Below are positions 24,136 through 33,740 of a stretch of 38,838 nucleotides of DNA, piece after piece. Under the pieces are notes generated by a model. The model was not told the DNA's origin and ran no database searches. It saw only the letters and a program-made list of their open reading frames with translations. The DNA is taken from the IMG/VR virus record IMGVR_UViG_3300013767_000084, positions 1-38,838 of that record; one strand, written 5' to 3'. This stretch comes from a virus (Duplodnaviria > Caudoviricetes). The position numbers were made by a program, and so were the translations under genes. Positions within the stretch are counted from its first letter, which is position 1; each line of letters opens with the position of its first letter.

Positions 24136-25617
24136 TTAGCCCCACAAGGTCAGTTTGGCCGTGCCGCGATCGACGCCCGTATCCAGGCCAATCACGCGCA
24201 GCAGCCGCCCACTCAAGCCGTAGCGGCTGGTCTCCACGGTCACCACGCCGTCCAGGTCCATGGCCCCGAGCTCGGCGAGCGGGATTTCGATATCGGCCAG
24301 CATGCGCCGCACGCTGTACAGGTCGGCACGCCGACTGGCCTCGGCGGCCGCATCGGCCTCCGCCACCAGCGCGGCATCAAAGCTCACCGCATCGGACGAT
24401 GGCCAGGCGGCCTGCACGGCCGGGCGCTCACTGGCAGTCTGGCGCATGTCCAGCACCAGGAACGCCCGCCGCGCCGCGCTGACCGATCCCGCCGGCTGCG
24501 ACTGGATGGTGTAGTTGCGCGCGAAGCGCACCACAGCACGCCAGCTCGGCACCCCGGCGGACCGCACCGACAGACTCATCTCGGCATCCGCGTAGATCAC
24601 CGTCGGCGTCCCGCTGGGCGCCGTCAGGCGGCCCATGCGTAACTGGTTGAGCCGGTCGAAGCCGTACCAGGCGCCAATGGCGTTGGCGAGGCCATCCATC
24701 ACCGCCTGCGTTCTGGTGTCGCCATCGACCCAGACCCCAACCGGCGCCGCATTGGCGGCATTCAGCGCCGCCACGTCCGCCGCGACGATATCGCCCGATG
24801 GAATCCCCGCATCGAGCGCCACCGCCTGCAGCAGCGCGCCCGCGCGTGTTTCAGCGGTGGCGGCATCGGCAGTCACCTGCCCCGCCGGCGCCGAGCCCAG
24901 CCGGAACAGGCCCGCCCAGCGGCGCACGGTACCGGCCGCCGGCGCAGTGGCCAGCAGATCCGCCGAGCTGGTGTAATCGGCGCCGAGCGTTAGCCCGACG
25001 CCGTTGTCATAGACCGCGCTGACCGTGCAGGCCTGATCGGACACCTGATAAATCAGCTTGCTGGTGTTGACGCACTTGGCCGACACGTTCAGCACGCTGC
25101 CGTACACGCGCGGCTTGTACTGGTCCTTGAGATCGTCCTTGGTGCCCTCCAGGCCATCGGGCAGCACGTTGTTGCCGACGTACTTCGGCCGCGGCAGCGC
25201 CTTGGCGAGCACGGCCAGGCGATCGCGCACGACCAGGGTCAGCTCGGGGCCGTCGCAATGCACATCGTCCAGCACGCCCGACAGCACCACCGGCCAAGTC
25301 GACACCGGGGCGCCGAGGTCACCGGAGCGCACCACGAAGGCACGGCCATCAAAGGCGTAGTCGGTCAGCAGCACGTCGAGCGCACCATCCGCATTGGTCA
25401 GCAGGATGTCGCCTTTCGTGGCGCGCGAGGCGCCGTAGGTGGTGGCCTGGTCGAAAAGCACCCGCGACAAGCGCGGCGGCTCGATCAGGCGCGGTTCGTA
25501 ATACGCATTGGCCGGCACGTCAGCGGGGCTGGTGGTAAATCCCGCGTCGGAAAACCGCAGGACCTCCACCAGCCCGGTCGACAGCCGGTAGGCGCTGACT
25601 TCAATCGCGATGGTCAT
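24136..25617 (-). CDS. Tail tip/baseplate hub protein
   Basis: Follows tape measure with ATGA overlap; LTNADGALD, KPRVYGSVLNV. Confidence 0.75.
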   Translation of the reverse strand: MTIAIEVSAYRLSTGLVEVLRFSDAGFTTSPADVPANAYYEPRLIEPPRLSRVLFDQATTYGASRATKGDILLTNADGALDVLLTDYAFDGRAFVVRSGDLGAPVSTWPVVLSGVLDDVHCDGPELTLVVRDRLAVLAKALPRPKYVGNNVLPDGLEGTKDDLKDQYKPRVYGSVLNVSAKCVNTSKLIYQVSDQACTVSAVYDNGVGLTLGADYTSSADLLATAPAAGTVRRWAGLFRLGSAPAGQVTADAATAETRAGALLQAVALDAGIPSGDIVAADVAALNAANAAPVGVWVDGDTRTQAVMDGLANAIGAWYGFDRLNQLRMGRLTAPSGTPTVIYADAEMSLSVRSAGVPSWRAVVRFARNYTIQSQPAGSVSAARRAFLVLDMRQTASERPAVQAAWPSSDAVSFDAALVAEADAAAEASRRADLYSVRRMLADIEIPLAELGAMDLDGVVTVETSRYGLSGRLLRVIGLDTGVDRGTAKLTLWG

Positions 25618-28600
25618 TTGTCTACCAGTTGTTGCTGCAGGCGGACCTGCTTGGACTGCACCGCCACCACCTCCGCGTGCCGCGCTTCAGCCTGGGCTTC
25701 CTTGGCCTGCTCCACGCGCTGCTGCGTCGCCTCCAGCGCCGCCACCTGGGCACGTAGCGCCCGGATCTCGGCCACCAGATCCGCGTTACTCCCGCGGCCA
25801 TACTGCGACCAGTCCGGCATCGACGCGTTGTAGCTGGCGTTTTCTGCCCGCGTGAGCACGCGTTCGCCCTGGTGCAGCTCGGCGATGTAGCCATCGAAGG
25901 GCACATACGCCAGGCCATCGGCATGCGAGCCATTGGGCCGGAAGGCCTGCACCGACGCGAAGTCCGCGGCGTACTGGATCCCGCTGGCAAAGAAGCCGCG
26001 CGAGGCCTCCAGGAAGGCCTGCGCGATCTGCGTCCACTGCGACTGCGCCGCGCTGTCTCCCGACAGGGCCGCCGCCGAGGTGGCGTCGTACTGGCGCTTG
26101 GCCTCGGCGTATTGCTGCTCCGGCGTGAGCGTCGACAAGTTGCCGAGCTGCAGCGACTGCTGAAACTCCGCGACCTGCTTAGCGAACGCCGACATCGCTT
26201 GCTTGGCCTGGTCGAGCCCATCCGTCAGCTGCGCAAAGGCCGGCGCGATCTGCATGAGCAGGGTGTACATCTGCTGACCGGAGGCAGTGGTCAGATCTTG
26301 CCCTTCCACCAAGGCCCGGAACGCGTCCTTGGTCTGCGGCATCGCCACCCCCACCGCGGCGAACTTCTCGGCCAGGGCCTGCAGCGTGCGCTGCTGCTTT
26401 TCCGCTTCGCTGTAGTAGGCGTCGTAGTAGGCCGACAACTGCGAGGTGAAGGCGTCGAGCCCGCCGGCGGCATCGATCAGGTTCTGGCGCAGGTTCGTGC
26501 TGGCCAGCCCCACACTGCCGAACACACCGACGATGTCCTTGCCAAAGACCGTGGCCACCTGGTTGGTGACCGTGAAGACCGTCGTCAGACGCCCCGCCGT
26601 ATCCAGCAGCGACTCGCCCTTCTTCTGGAACTCCGCGATGCTCGGCACCAGGTGCGCGCCCAGCGCATCCGAGAGGGCCGTGATCGACTTCACCACGTTC
26701 TCGGGCGTCGACCAGTCGTTCCGCATCTGGTACGAGAAGCCGCCCAGGTTGCTGTTGAAGCCCGGCGTACCGGCCACCTGGTTCAGACCGGCATAGGTTG
26801 ACACCATGCCGCCGAACTGGGCATTCAGGCCGTCGAGCTGATCCGCGCCCAGCTGGCTGTAGTCGGTCCCGCTGCGGTTGCGGCGGAACCAGCCGCCCTT
26901 CTGGCTCCAGTCGGCATACATCTGGCCATGGAAGCCCGTCGCATCGACCGTCCCCTCAAAGCCCTTTTCGCCGTAGTTCTTCGGGCCCATGCCGAAGGCG
27001 CGGTTCACGACGCCACCAATGACCCCGCCCGCGATACCGCCGATCAGCGTCCCGATGCCTGGCACGATCGAGCCGATGGCCGCCCCGATCGCTGCGCCAC
27101 CGCCGGAGGCCCAGGCCTGGCTGTTGCCGATCGCGGTGTACTGCCCCGAGATCAGGCTACCCAGCCCGTAGCCGATGCCAATGCCCGCCGCCGCATTCAT
27201 GGCGCCAGCGAAGCCCGCAACACCCGGCGTCGCCCCGCCCACGCCGGCCCCCTTGAGCGCAATCAGGTTGCCCAGGGCATCGCCGCCCGCCATCTCGGCG
27301 ATCGGCGCCGCGATGGCGCCCGGCAGGCTGACGCTACCGGCCGTCATCGCCGAGTAGATGCTGCTGCCGTTGCTGGCGGCATTGAGCAGGCTGAAACCGC
27401 TGCCACCGGCCTGCACGGCACCGGAGACCCCCATCATGGATGAGACCGCACCGCTCACCGGCGCCAGCACCGCCGAGATCACCGGCCGCAGGACCAGCGT
27501 CTGGAACATGTTCTTCAAGGTGCTGACCAGGTTCTGACCGAACCCCTTGCCCGACTCGAAGCCGCGCAGCAGCGCATCGGTGAGAGACCGGTTGATCTCG
27601 TCGGCACCCTTCTTCCAGTTCTCGACGAAGTCCTTGCGCGCGCCGTTGACGACCTGCTGGTCCGCCAGCTCGCGCAGCAGCTTGGCCTGCTCGCGCAGCT
27701 GCTCCGCCTCCTCCTCGCGCCCCGGAATGGTCTCCAGGATGGCCGCCCGCGCTTCCTTGGCCGCCACGGTCTCCAGCGTGCGCGCCCGCGTGACCTCGGC
27801 AATCTGCTGGGCCGTCATGCCCATCGTGGCAAATTCGTCCTCCGCCGCCCGCAACTTGAGCCGGATGGCCTCGGTTTCCTTGGTCGCGGCATCATAGGCC
27901 CGCAGGCTGTCATCGTTGTACCGACGCGCCGCCGCGGCATCGAGCTCGCCCAGCGTGTCCGCGTAGGCCCGCGCCGCGTTGGTGCGCTCGGTCTCCAGCT
28001 TCGTCACCTCGCCCATATACTTCTTCTGAGCCGACAGCTGTTTTTTGCCGCCAGCGATCTCCGACTGCTTCTCGGCGATCGCGATCTGGTCGACGAGGGC
28101 GTTGTCGCGCAGCTGGTAGAGCTGCTCGGCATAGTCGCGCTCGGTGAGCACACCACGCTTGCGCATGCTCTCCAGGTTGCGCTCGTCGCCCTTGAGGATC
28201 TCCAGCCGCTCTTTGGCGTAGCCCTCGAACTCCGCCAGGCTGGCGTTCAGGACGTTCTGACCGTCGCGCGCGCTCGCCGAGGCGTCGGCCTTGTTGTAGT
28301 CCTCCCAGACCTTGCGCTTGCGCGCTGCGGCGGCGGTCACGGCCTGGTTGTACAGGTCGCTGCCGCGCTCCAGGCCCGCCGTGGCGGCCTTGAAGTCATC
28401 CTCGACTTCCTTGAGGTTCTTGTCGCGGTTCCCGGCGCTGGTGAGGTTCTTGCCGTCCTCCAGGAATTTGCGGGTGCGCGACTCGGCTTCGGTCTGCAGC
28501 CGCGTGTCGTTGCCCAGCCCCATCACGTCAGACAGGTTGGGCGGATTGCGCCGGTTCTCGGCCTCAGCCTGGCGCTGCGCTTCGGCAATGCGCTTGTCCA

Positions 28601-30014
28601 GCTGCGTCAGGTTGTAGGCCAGCTGTCCGCGCTGGAACGTATCCAGGCTCGTGTCCTTGAGCTGGGCCTCGATGTCGCCGCGCTGCTGCTGCATGCCCTT
28701 GAGCGACTTCGCCGAGTAGCTGAAGGCATTGACCGGATTCAGAAAGCTCAGGCCCGCCCCCGCGCCGGCGGAGAACTGCCCCCAGAAGCCGGCGCCCTCT
28801 GCTTTCGCGCGACGGATGGCCGACGCGGCATCGTTCATCGCATCGGTCAGGATGTTCATCTGGCCGGCGGCCGCCTGCCCGAGGCCGGAATCGGCGACGG
28901 TGCGCTTCAGGTCCGCCCAGGCGCTGTCGATGCGTCCGATCGCGGCCTGCGTGCTGTTCGCCGCCTCCTCGACCGAGCCGGCCAGTTCCTTGCGGATCTG
29001 CGCCGCAAACTTGGGCAGAAAGTCGGACGTAATGACCTCACCCTGCTCGAGCATCTTGCCGAGCTCGGCGGTGGTCACGCCCATGGCGCGCGCCGCGATC
29101 TGGAAGGCGCCCGGCAGGCGCTCGCCGAGCTGGCCACGCAGCTCCTCGGACTGCACCGTGCCCTTGCTGATCATCTGATTGATGGCCAGCAGCGCGCCCT
29201 CGGTCTCGGTCGCCGACAGGTGCATCACGGCCGAGGCCTCGCTGATCGCCACGAAGATGTCGCGCGCGCCCTTGCCCTCCAGCGAGGTCTCGCGGGCCGC
29301 GCTGGCCAGCTTGACGAACGAGTCGGTCGCCACGCTCAGGTCGATGCCCAGGCGGCTGGCTTCGTTGCGCAGGAATTCAAGGTCACGCGCGCCGGCAGCC
29401 GCACTGCCACCATTCGCGAACTTCAGACCCACATTGATCTTGTCGACCTGCGCCTGCACCTCCGCCATCGGCCGCACCAGGCTGTACATGGCCGACTCCA
29501 GCACGCCGATGCCGACCGCCGCCGCCGTGAAGCCCACAATGGTCTTGGTCGCCCCCGACAGGCTGCCCGAGAAGCGGCTCACCTCGGCATAGGCGCGGCT
29601 GATCGGGCCGCCGTACGCTTCGAACGCCGCCGACGCCGCCGATGTCGCGTGCTCGGCCTGCTTCTGCTTCGCCGTGACCTCGTCCAGCTGGTCCAGGTAG
29701 GGGCGCAGCACCGTCGGGTCGATGCCGCGCTGCTTGGCCAGCACCTCGTAGTACTCGCGGCTCGATTTCGAGCCCGCGTCCATGGCTGCCGTGGCGCGCT
29801 GGATCGAGGCGATCATGCTGCGGCTGGCCGCGTCGACTTTGGTCGAGGCGCCGCTGCCGCCGTTGCCGATCCCCTCTACCGCCCGCCCGGCCTGGTCGCC
29901 GGCCTGGCCGACGTTCTGCGCCATGGTCTTGGCGCGCTGCTCGACATTGCCGAACGCCTTGTCGACGGAGCTGGTGTCAAACGATACCTCGCCCTGGACC
30001 TTCAGATCGGACAT
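25614..30014 (-). CDS. Tail tape measure protein
   Basis: About 1,466 aa Ala-rich helical protein; QMISKGTVQSEELRGQLGERLPGA tape-measure motif, Gly-rich TM region, HADGLAYVPFDGYIAELHQGERVL. Confidence 0.95.
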   Translation of the reverse strand: MSDLKVQGEVSFDTSSVDKAFGNVEQRAKTMAQNVGQAGDQAGRAVEGIGNGGSGASTKVDAASRSMIASIQRATAAMDAGSKSSREYYEVLAKQRGIDPTVLRPYLDQLDEVTAKQKQAEHATSAASAAFEAYGGPISRAYAEVSRFSGSLSGATKTIVGFTAAAVGIGVLESAMYSLVRPMAEVQAQVDKINVGLKFANGGSAAAGARDLEFLRNEASRLGIDLSVATDSFVKLASAARETSLEGKGARDIFVAISEASAVMHLSATETEGALLAINQMISKGTVQSEELRGQLGERLPGAFQIAARAMGVTTAELGKMLEQGEVITSDFLPKFAAQIRKELAGSVEEAANSTQAAIGRIDSAWADLKRTVADSGLGQAAAGQMNILTDAMNDAASAIRRAKAEGAGFWGQFSAGAGAGLSFLNPVNAFSYSAKSLKGMQQQRGDIEAQLKDTSLDTFQRGQLAYNLTQLDKRIAEAQRQAEAENRRNPPNLSDVMGLGNDTRLQTEAESRTRKFLEDGKNLTSAGNRDKNLKEVEDDFKAATAGLERGSDLYNQAVTAAAARKRKVWEDYNKADASASARDGQNVLNASLAEFEGYAKERLEILKGDERNLESMRKRGVLTERDYAEQLYQLRDNALVDQIAIAEKQSEIAGGKKQLSAQKKYMGEVTKLETERTNAARAYADTLGELDAAAARRYNDDSLRAYDAATKETEAIRLKLRAAEDEFATMGMTAQQIAEVTRARTLETVAAKEARAAILETIPGREEEAEQLREQAKLLRELADQQVVNGARKDFVENWKKGADEINRSLTDALLRGFESGKGFGQNLVSTLKNMFQTLVLRPVISAVLAPVSGAVSSMMGVSGAVQAGGSGFSLLNAASNGSSIYSAMTAGSVSLPGAIAAPIAEMAGGDALGNLIALKGAGVGGATPGVAGFAGAMNAAAGIGIGYGLGSLISGQYTAIGNSQAWASGGGAAIGAAIGSIVPGIGTLIGGIAGGVIGGVVNRAFGMGPKNYGEKGFEGTVDATGFHGQMYADWSQKGGWFRRNRSGTDYSQLGADQLDGLNAQFGGMVSTYAGLNQVAGTPGFNSNLGGFSYQMRNDWSTPENVVKSITALSDALGAHLVPSIAEFQKKGESLLDTAGRLTTVFTVTNQVATVFGKDIVGVFGSVGLASTNLRQNLIDAAGGLDAFTSQLSAYYDAYYSEAEKQQRTLQALAEKFAAVGVAMPQTKDAFRALVEGQDLTTASGQQMYTLLMQIAPAFAQLTDGLDQAKQAMSAFAKQVAEFQQSLQLGNLSTLTPEQQYAEAKRQYDATSAAALSGDSAAQSQWTQIAQAFLEASRGFFASGIQYAADFASVQAFRPNGSHADGLAYVPFDGYIAELHQGERVLTRAENASYNASMPDWSQYGRGSNADLVAEIRALRAQVAALEATQQRVEQAKEAQAEARHAEVVAVQSKQVRLQQQLVDK

Positions 30015-30048
30015 GGCCACTCCAATAAAAACGCCCCGTTGCCGGGGC

Positions 30049-30333
30049 TCAGTCGCTCTTGTTCAGCAATGGCAGCGCGGCGCATTCCATCACGCGCACG
30101 TCCGCCTCGAGCTGGTCATACTCTTCCGGCGTCAGGCCGAGGCGATCCAGCTTGCGGAACAGGACGTTGTAGTCCAGCCCGATCACCCCGCCCATGCCTG
30201 CGGTGCGCCATTGCGTGCGCAGATCGCAGAATAGGCAGGCGGCTTGCCAGTTTTCCGGCCAGACCTCGACGGGATCGGTCTCAAAGTCCTCCGGCAGGAA
30301 GCCGGAGGCTTCCATCTCGGCGGCGCTAGGCAT
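30049..30333 (-). CDS. Tail assembly chaperone, frameshift extension (gpT-like, DUF1799-like)
   Basis: VWPENW...TQWR..GLDY; frame is open back to the slippery site at 30366-30372. Confidence 0.85.
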   Translation of the reverse strand: MPSAAEMEASGFLPEDFETDPVEVWPENWQAACLFCDLRTQWRTAGMGGVIGLDYNVLFRKLDRLGLTPEEYDQLEADVRVMECAALPLLNKSD

Positions 30334-30362
30334 CCGCTCAAACAGTGCCTGCGCCGCCTCCG

Positions 30363-30749
30363 TCAGTTTTTTACGATGCCATCCACCACGGCCAGGCGGT
30401 ACGTGCTGATGATCTCGACGCCTGCACCAGGGAGCTCGTCCAGCAGCTGCATGACGTTTTCGCGGGTCAGCTCACGGTCGAGGTCCCAGCCGCCGACGAT
30501 TTCCATGATGTAGTCAGCATCATCTTCCGCGCCCAGCGCGAACTGGCGCTCCGCGGAGAATTCTTCGCGATCGGCGACGATGCGGCGCTCGGTGCGCGCC
30601 TTGTTGAACTTGTCCATGAAGGCGCCGAATTCCTTGCGGGTCCGATACACGAAGTCGACATGGATGACGCCGGTCGTGTCATCCAGCATCTTGACGGTCA
30701 CCTTGCGCTTGAACGACTTCGGGCGATTGCCCAGAACAATCTTTGCCAT
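30363..30749 (-). CDS. Tail assembly chaperone (gpG-like)
   Basis: Between tail tube and TMP; ends ...GIVKN on A AAA AAC slippery heptamer. Confidence 0.88.
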   Translation of the reverse strand: MAKIVLGNRPKSFKRKVTVKMLDDTTGVIHVDFVYRTRKEFGAFMDKFNKARTERRIVADREEFSAERQFALGAEDDADYIMEIVGGWDLDRELTRENVMQLLDELPGAGVEIISTYRLAVVDGIVKN

Positions 30750-30856
30750 GTTGCTTACCTTTCGCGGGAGTCAGGGGAAATGCCCGTGCCGAGACGCTGC
30801 TTCCCGCGAAGGAAGACAGCGCCCCGGTCGGTGCTAGGGATGGGCGAATCGCCCGA

Positions 30857-31504
30857 TTACGATGCGTAACGCACGGCGCGGTTGTTGCCGTTGAAGCTCG
30901 CCTTGACGCGGTTGATCTGACCGTCCTGGAACGACACCGCCTCGTTCAGCGCGACGGTGCACGGCACCAGCAGGATCGAGCCTGAGCGCGTCACGACCTT
31001 GAGCACCGTGTCGGTCTGCACGTCGGTCAAGGTCTTCAGCGCGGTGTAGCCAGCGCCACCGATGGAATCGGCGTCCAGCTCCAGCGTGTAGCTGGTCGCG
31101 GAGAAGCCATCGTTGATGGAAAACTCGACGTCGGACTCGACGAACTTGTAGTTGACCGTCTTCGGGTCACCACCGCTTGTGTTCGGGTTCATCACGGTCG
31201 TGATCTGCGTGAAGGTCGAGATCTTGGCGACCGTGCCCACGCCCGTGCCGGATGGGAAGAACGTGGTGTTGGTGGTGTCCGCCCCCTCCAGCACGAACGA
31301 GTCGGTCGTCACCGTCTTGATGCGGAACGCGCGACGGTTGAGGCGGCCCCAGCCCGAATACATGATGACGATGTCGCCGGCGCTGTAGCCGTGCGCCGTC
31401 GAGCTTACGACGGCCTCCGCGGCATTGGTCACCGCCGAAACGGTCTTGACCGCCGCGATCAGCGAGGCGATGTAGAAGGTGCTACCAGTAGGTACCTGTG
31501 CCAT
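30857..31504 (-). CDS. Major tail tube protein
   Basis: 215 aa Ser/Thr-rich; AHGYSAGDIV..SGWGRLN..FR, SGGDPK; position in tail operon. Confidence 0.88.
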   Translation of the reverse strand: MAQVPTGSTFYIASLIAAVKTVSAVTNAAEAVVSSTAHGYSAGDIVIMYSGWGRLNRRAFRIKTVTTDSFVLEGADTTNTTFFPSGTGVGTVAKISTFTQITTVMNPNTSGGDPKTVNYKFVESDVEFSINDGFSATSYTLELDADSIGGAGYTALKTLTDVQTDTVLKVVTRSGSILLVPCTVALNEAVSFQDGQINRVKASFNGNNRAVRYAS

Positions 31505-31525
31505 GTGGCTTTTCCTCTCAGGACG

Positions 31526-31548
31526 AAAAAAAACCGCCCGCAGGCGGT
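31526..31548 (-). terminator. Intrinsic terminator-like hairpin upstream of the tail tube gene
   Basis: ACCGCC-N4-GGCGGT stem followed by a long U-tract on the minus strand. Confidence 0.6.
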
Positions 31549-31588
31549 GGTTTGCGCCCTCGCGGGCAATTGGGAATCGACAGCAGGA

Positions 31589-31945
31589 CTACCTGCCGCC
31601 GACGATTGAAAAGCGCTGCAGACAACCGTAGAGCCGGGTATCGGGCTCAAACGGCAGTTCGACCGATTCACCCTGCGGATCGACCGCAAACAACGGGCTG
31701 GCGCAGAGCGCTACCTCGGCCTGCTGGATCAGGTCATCGGCCTCGGCCGCTGTCCCGGCCCAGACGCTGACCTGCATCAGCGCGCTGCGCTTGTCGGCAG
31801 CCGTGCCGTCGACGTAGCGCCAGGAGGGGCCGCCGATGCGCTGGTAGGTGACATAGGGCCGAACCGCGCCCTCCGGCGCGACACGCGGATGGACGCGCGG
31901 ACAGACCGTCTTCAGCACCACCACCACGTCTGTTTCGATGCTCAT
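31589..31945 (-). CDS. Tail terminator/completion protein (DUF3168-like)
   Basis: RVHPRVAP..RPYVTYQRIGG, MQVSVWA. Confidence 0.85.
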   Translation of the reverse strand: MSIETDVVVVLKTVCPRVHPRVAPEGAVRPYVTYQRIGGPSWRYVDGTAADKRSALMQVSVWAGTAAEADDLIQQAEVALCASPLFAVDPQGESVELPFEPDTRLYGCLQRFSIVGGR

Positions 31946-32379
31946 TTCTTCACCTCCCGCAAGAACGCTGTGCGCATCGCGAGCGCCACAACGGCACGGT
32001 GGTCGTGGATAGCTGGGCCCATGAAAGGATGCGGCGCGGCGCGGCTGGTACCGAACTCGACCATCCAGGCGTATGGGGCCTTTTTCTGATTCCAGCTCAC
32101 GTGGTACGTGGCCTTGCTCGGGCTGGAGTTGTCCTGCGAATAGACCTGGTAGATCGCATCGCGCAGCGACCCGGCGTTGAACCAGTACTTTTTGCCGGTG
32201 GCCTTGTACGACGTGCCCATGAACCAGTGACCCGATTTCGACACCGGCACCCGGGCCCGCGCGGCGTCATAGATCACCTGGGCGCCCGCCTGCGCGGCAG
32301 GCCGTGCTGCGGCATCGATGCTCCGGCGCTTGGCCTCGAGCCCGGCTCGGAGCTGCTTGAGGTCGATCGAGATCGTCAT
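31942..32379 (-). CDS. HK97 gp10-like tail completion protein
   Basis: ARARVPV, GSLRDAI, MVEFGTSRAAPHPFMGPA. Confidence 0.88.
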   Translation of the reverse strand: MTISIDLKQLRAGLEAKRRSIDAAARPAAQAGAQVIYDAARARVPVSKSGHWFMGTSYKATGKKYWFNAGSLRDAIYQVYSQDNSSPSKATYHVSWNQKKAPYAWMVEFGTSRAAPHPFMGPAIHDHRAVVALAMRTAFLREVKK

Positions 32380-32696
32380 GTCACGATCTCGCACACCAAG
32401 TCGACGTGCTCGCGCTGCACCAGGTCAGGCAGCACAGCCTTCACCTGATACACGGCCGATCCGACCAGAACGCGCATGGTGGCGTCGATATCGGTTCGCC
32501 AGCGGATACGGATGCTTGCGCGCACCAGCGATGTCGGCGCATCAGACTTCACCTCTTCCAGCCCCTTCTTGTGGAGCACGCTGGCCCAGAGCGATACGAC
32601 GTCCTGCCAGCCGGTCAGCGGCTGACCGCGCGCGTCTTCGCCGGCAGCAGGCCGCTGCACGGTCACGCGCTGATTGAGTTTGCCTGCCTGCTGCAT
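32376..32696 (-). CDS. Head closure (head-tail joining) protein
   Basis: AGKLNQRVTVQ, GQPLTGWQDV..LWA, IRIRWRTDIDATMRV. Confidence 0.9.
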   Translation of the reverse strand: MQQAGKLNQRVTVQRPAAGEDARGQPLTGWQDVVSLWASVLHKKGLEEVKSDAPTSLVRASIRIRWRTDIDATMRVLVGSAVYQVKAVLPDLVQREHVDLVCEIVT

Positions 32697-33238
32697 CAGT
32701 AGCTCCGATAGGGGTCGAGCAGGCTGTCGACGAAGCGCCCCGGCGGCTCGAACAACTGACCCGCCGACACCGCCTCGCGCTGCGCGTACAGCGCACCGAG
32801 CTGCAGCAGCATCCACGATTTCAGCGCCCGCGGAAACGACCCCTCTACCGCAGGGTCGAAGGCACCACACCGAAACTTGATGCGCACAGTATCGCCGGCA
32901 GGCCAGGTCGAGACCGGCACCAGCGTGCGCTCATCAACGAGACGGTAGGCCGACTCAGCCAACGTTTGCGTCGCACCTGCGGCGTCCCGATAGGTGACCG
33001 ACTCCACCGCGATGACGTTCTGCCCAAGACCGATCTCTTCCGGGAAGCAATCCATGATGGCCGCTCGGCGCTGCGGGATGAGCGCACGCTTGCACGCCCC
33101 CTCACAGTTTTGGCGGGCCGCCGTAATGAAGGCGGTAATCAGGTCATCCTCCGCCGCACCATCTACCCGCAGGTGCAGCTTCGCCTCGACGAGCGTGATC
33201 GGCTCGGCGGACAGGATGGTATCGACGCGGATTTCCAT
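32696..33238 (-). CDS. Head-tail connector (gp6-like)
   Basis: EPITLVEAKLHLRVD..EDDLITAFITAAR, LYAQREAV, LLDPYR. Confidence 0.9.
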   Translation of the reverse strand: MEIRVDTILSAEPITLVEAKLHLRVDGAAEDDLITAFITAARQNCEGACKRALIPQRRAAIMDCFPEEIGLGQNVIAVESVTYRDAAGATQTLAESAYRLVDERTLVPVSTWPAGDTVRIKFRCGAFDPAVEGSFPRALKSWMLLQLGALYAQREAVSAGQLFEPPGRFVDSLLDPYRSY

Positions 33239-33240
33239 GA

Positions 33241-33678
33241 TTACTTCGTCTCGGGTGCGGTCTTTCGGGCCTTGTTTTGAGCCGGCTTATCAGCCTTCTC
33301 GTCGTCCTGCGGTTGCTCTGCGGTCGTCACGTCGAGCTGCTCCTGCGCGTCGGGTTTCGGGATGGCAGCCGCTGCAGCGCGATCTGCTACCTCTTTGGCC
33401 AAGCGATCCGCTTCAGCGGCAGCACGTTTGGACTCCTCGCGGGCCAGCGCTTCCGCCCCTGCTTCCGCCTCCAACTCCAAACGGGCACGCTCTTCCGCTT
33501 CCCGCTGCCGCGCCTCTGCCGCACGCGCCTGGGCGTCACCGTCCTCGGTCCAGCCCTCTTCCAGGGAGACGCGGATCAGCTCCGGATCCTCGGTCTCGAT
33601 TTCCTGCCCCTTCTGGAACGCCTCGACGATGCAGCCGCGGTGCGCCCAGGAAAACCCAACCAGTGCGATCAAACGCAT
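33241..33678 (-). CDS. Hypothetical protein downstream of the capsid gene
   Basis: 145 aa, short globular N-terminus plus charged coil ending NKARKTAPETK. Confidence 0.75.
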   Translation of the reverse strand: MRLIALVGFSWAHRGCIVEAFQKGQEIETEDPELIRVSLEEGWTEDGDAQARAAEARQREAEERARLELEAEAGAEALAREESKRAAAEADRLAKEVADRAAAAAIPKPDAQEQLDVTTAEQPQDDEKADKPAQNKARKTAPETK

Positions 33679-33740
33679 GTGTTTTCTCCGATGCGACAGC
33701 GACAGCCCATGACAGGCCGCCGCTGATCAGTTGAGCCGAA

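Noticed and set aside
21605-24642. Long plus-strand ORFs opposite tail genes
   Set aside because: Antisense shadows of high-GC coding sequence with no motifs or RBS
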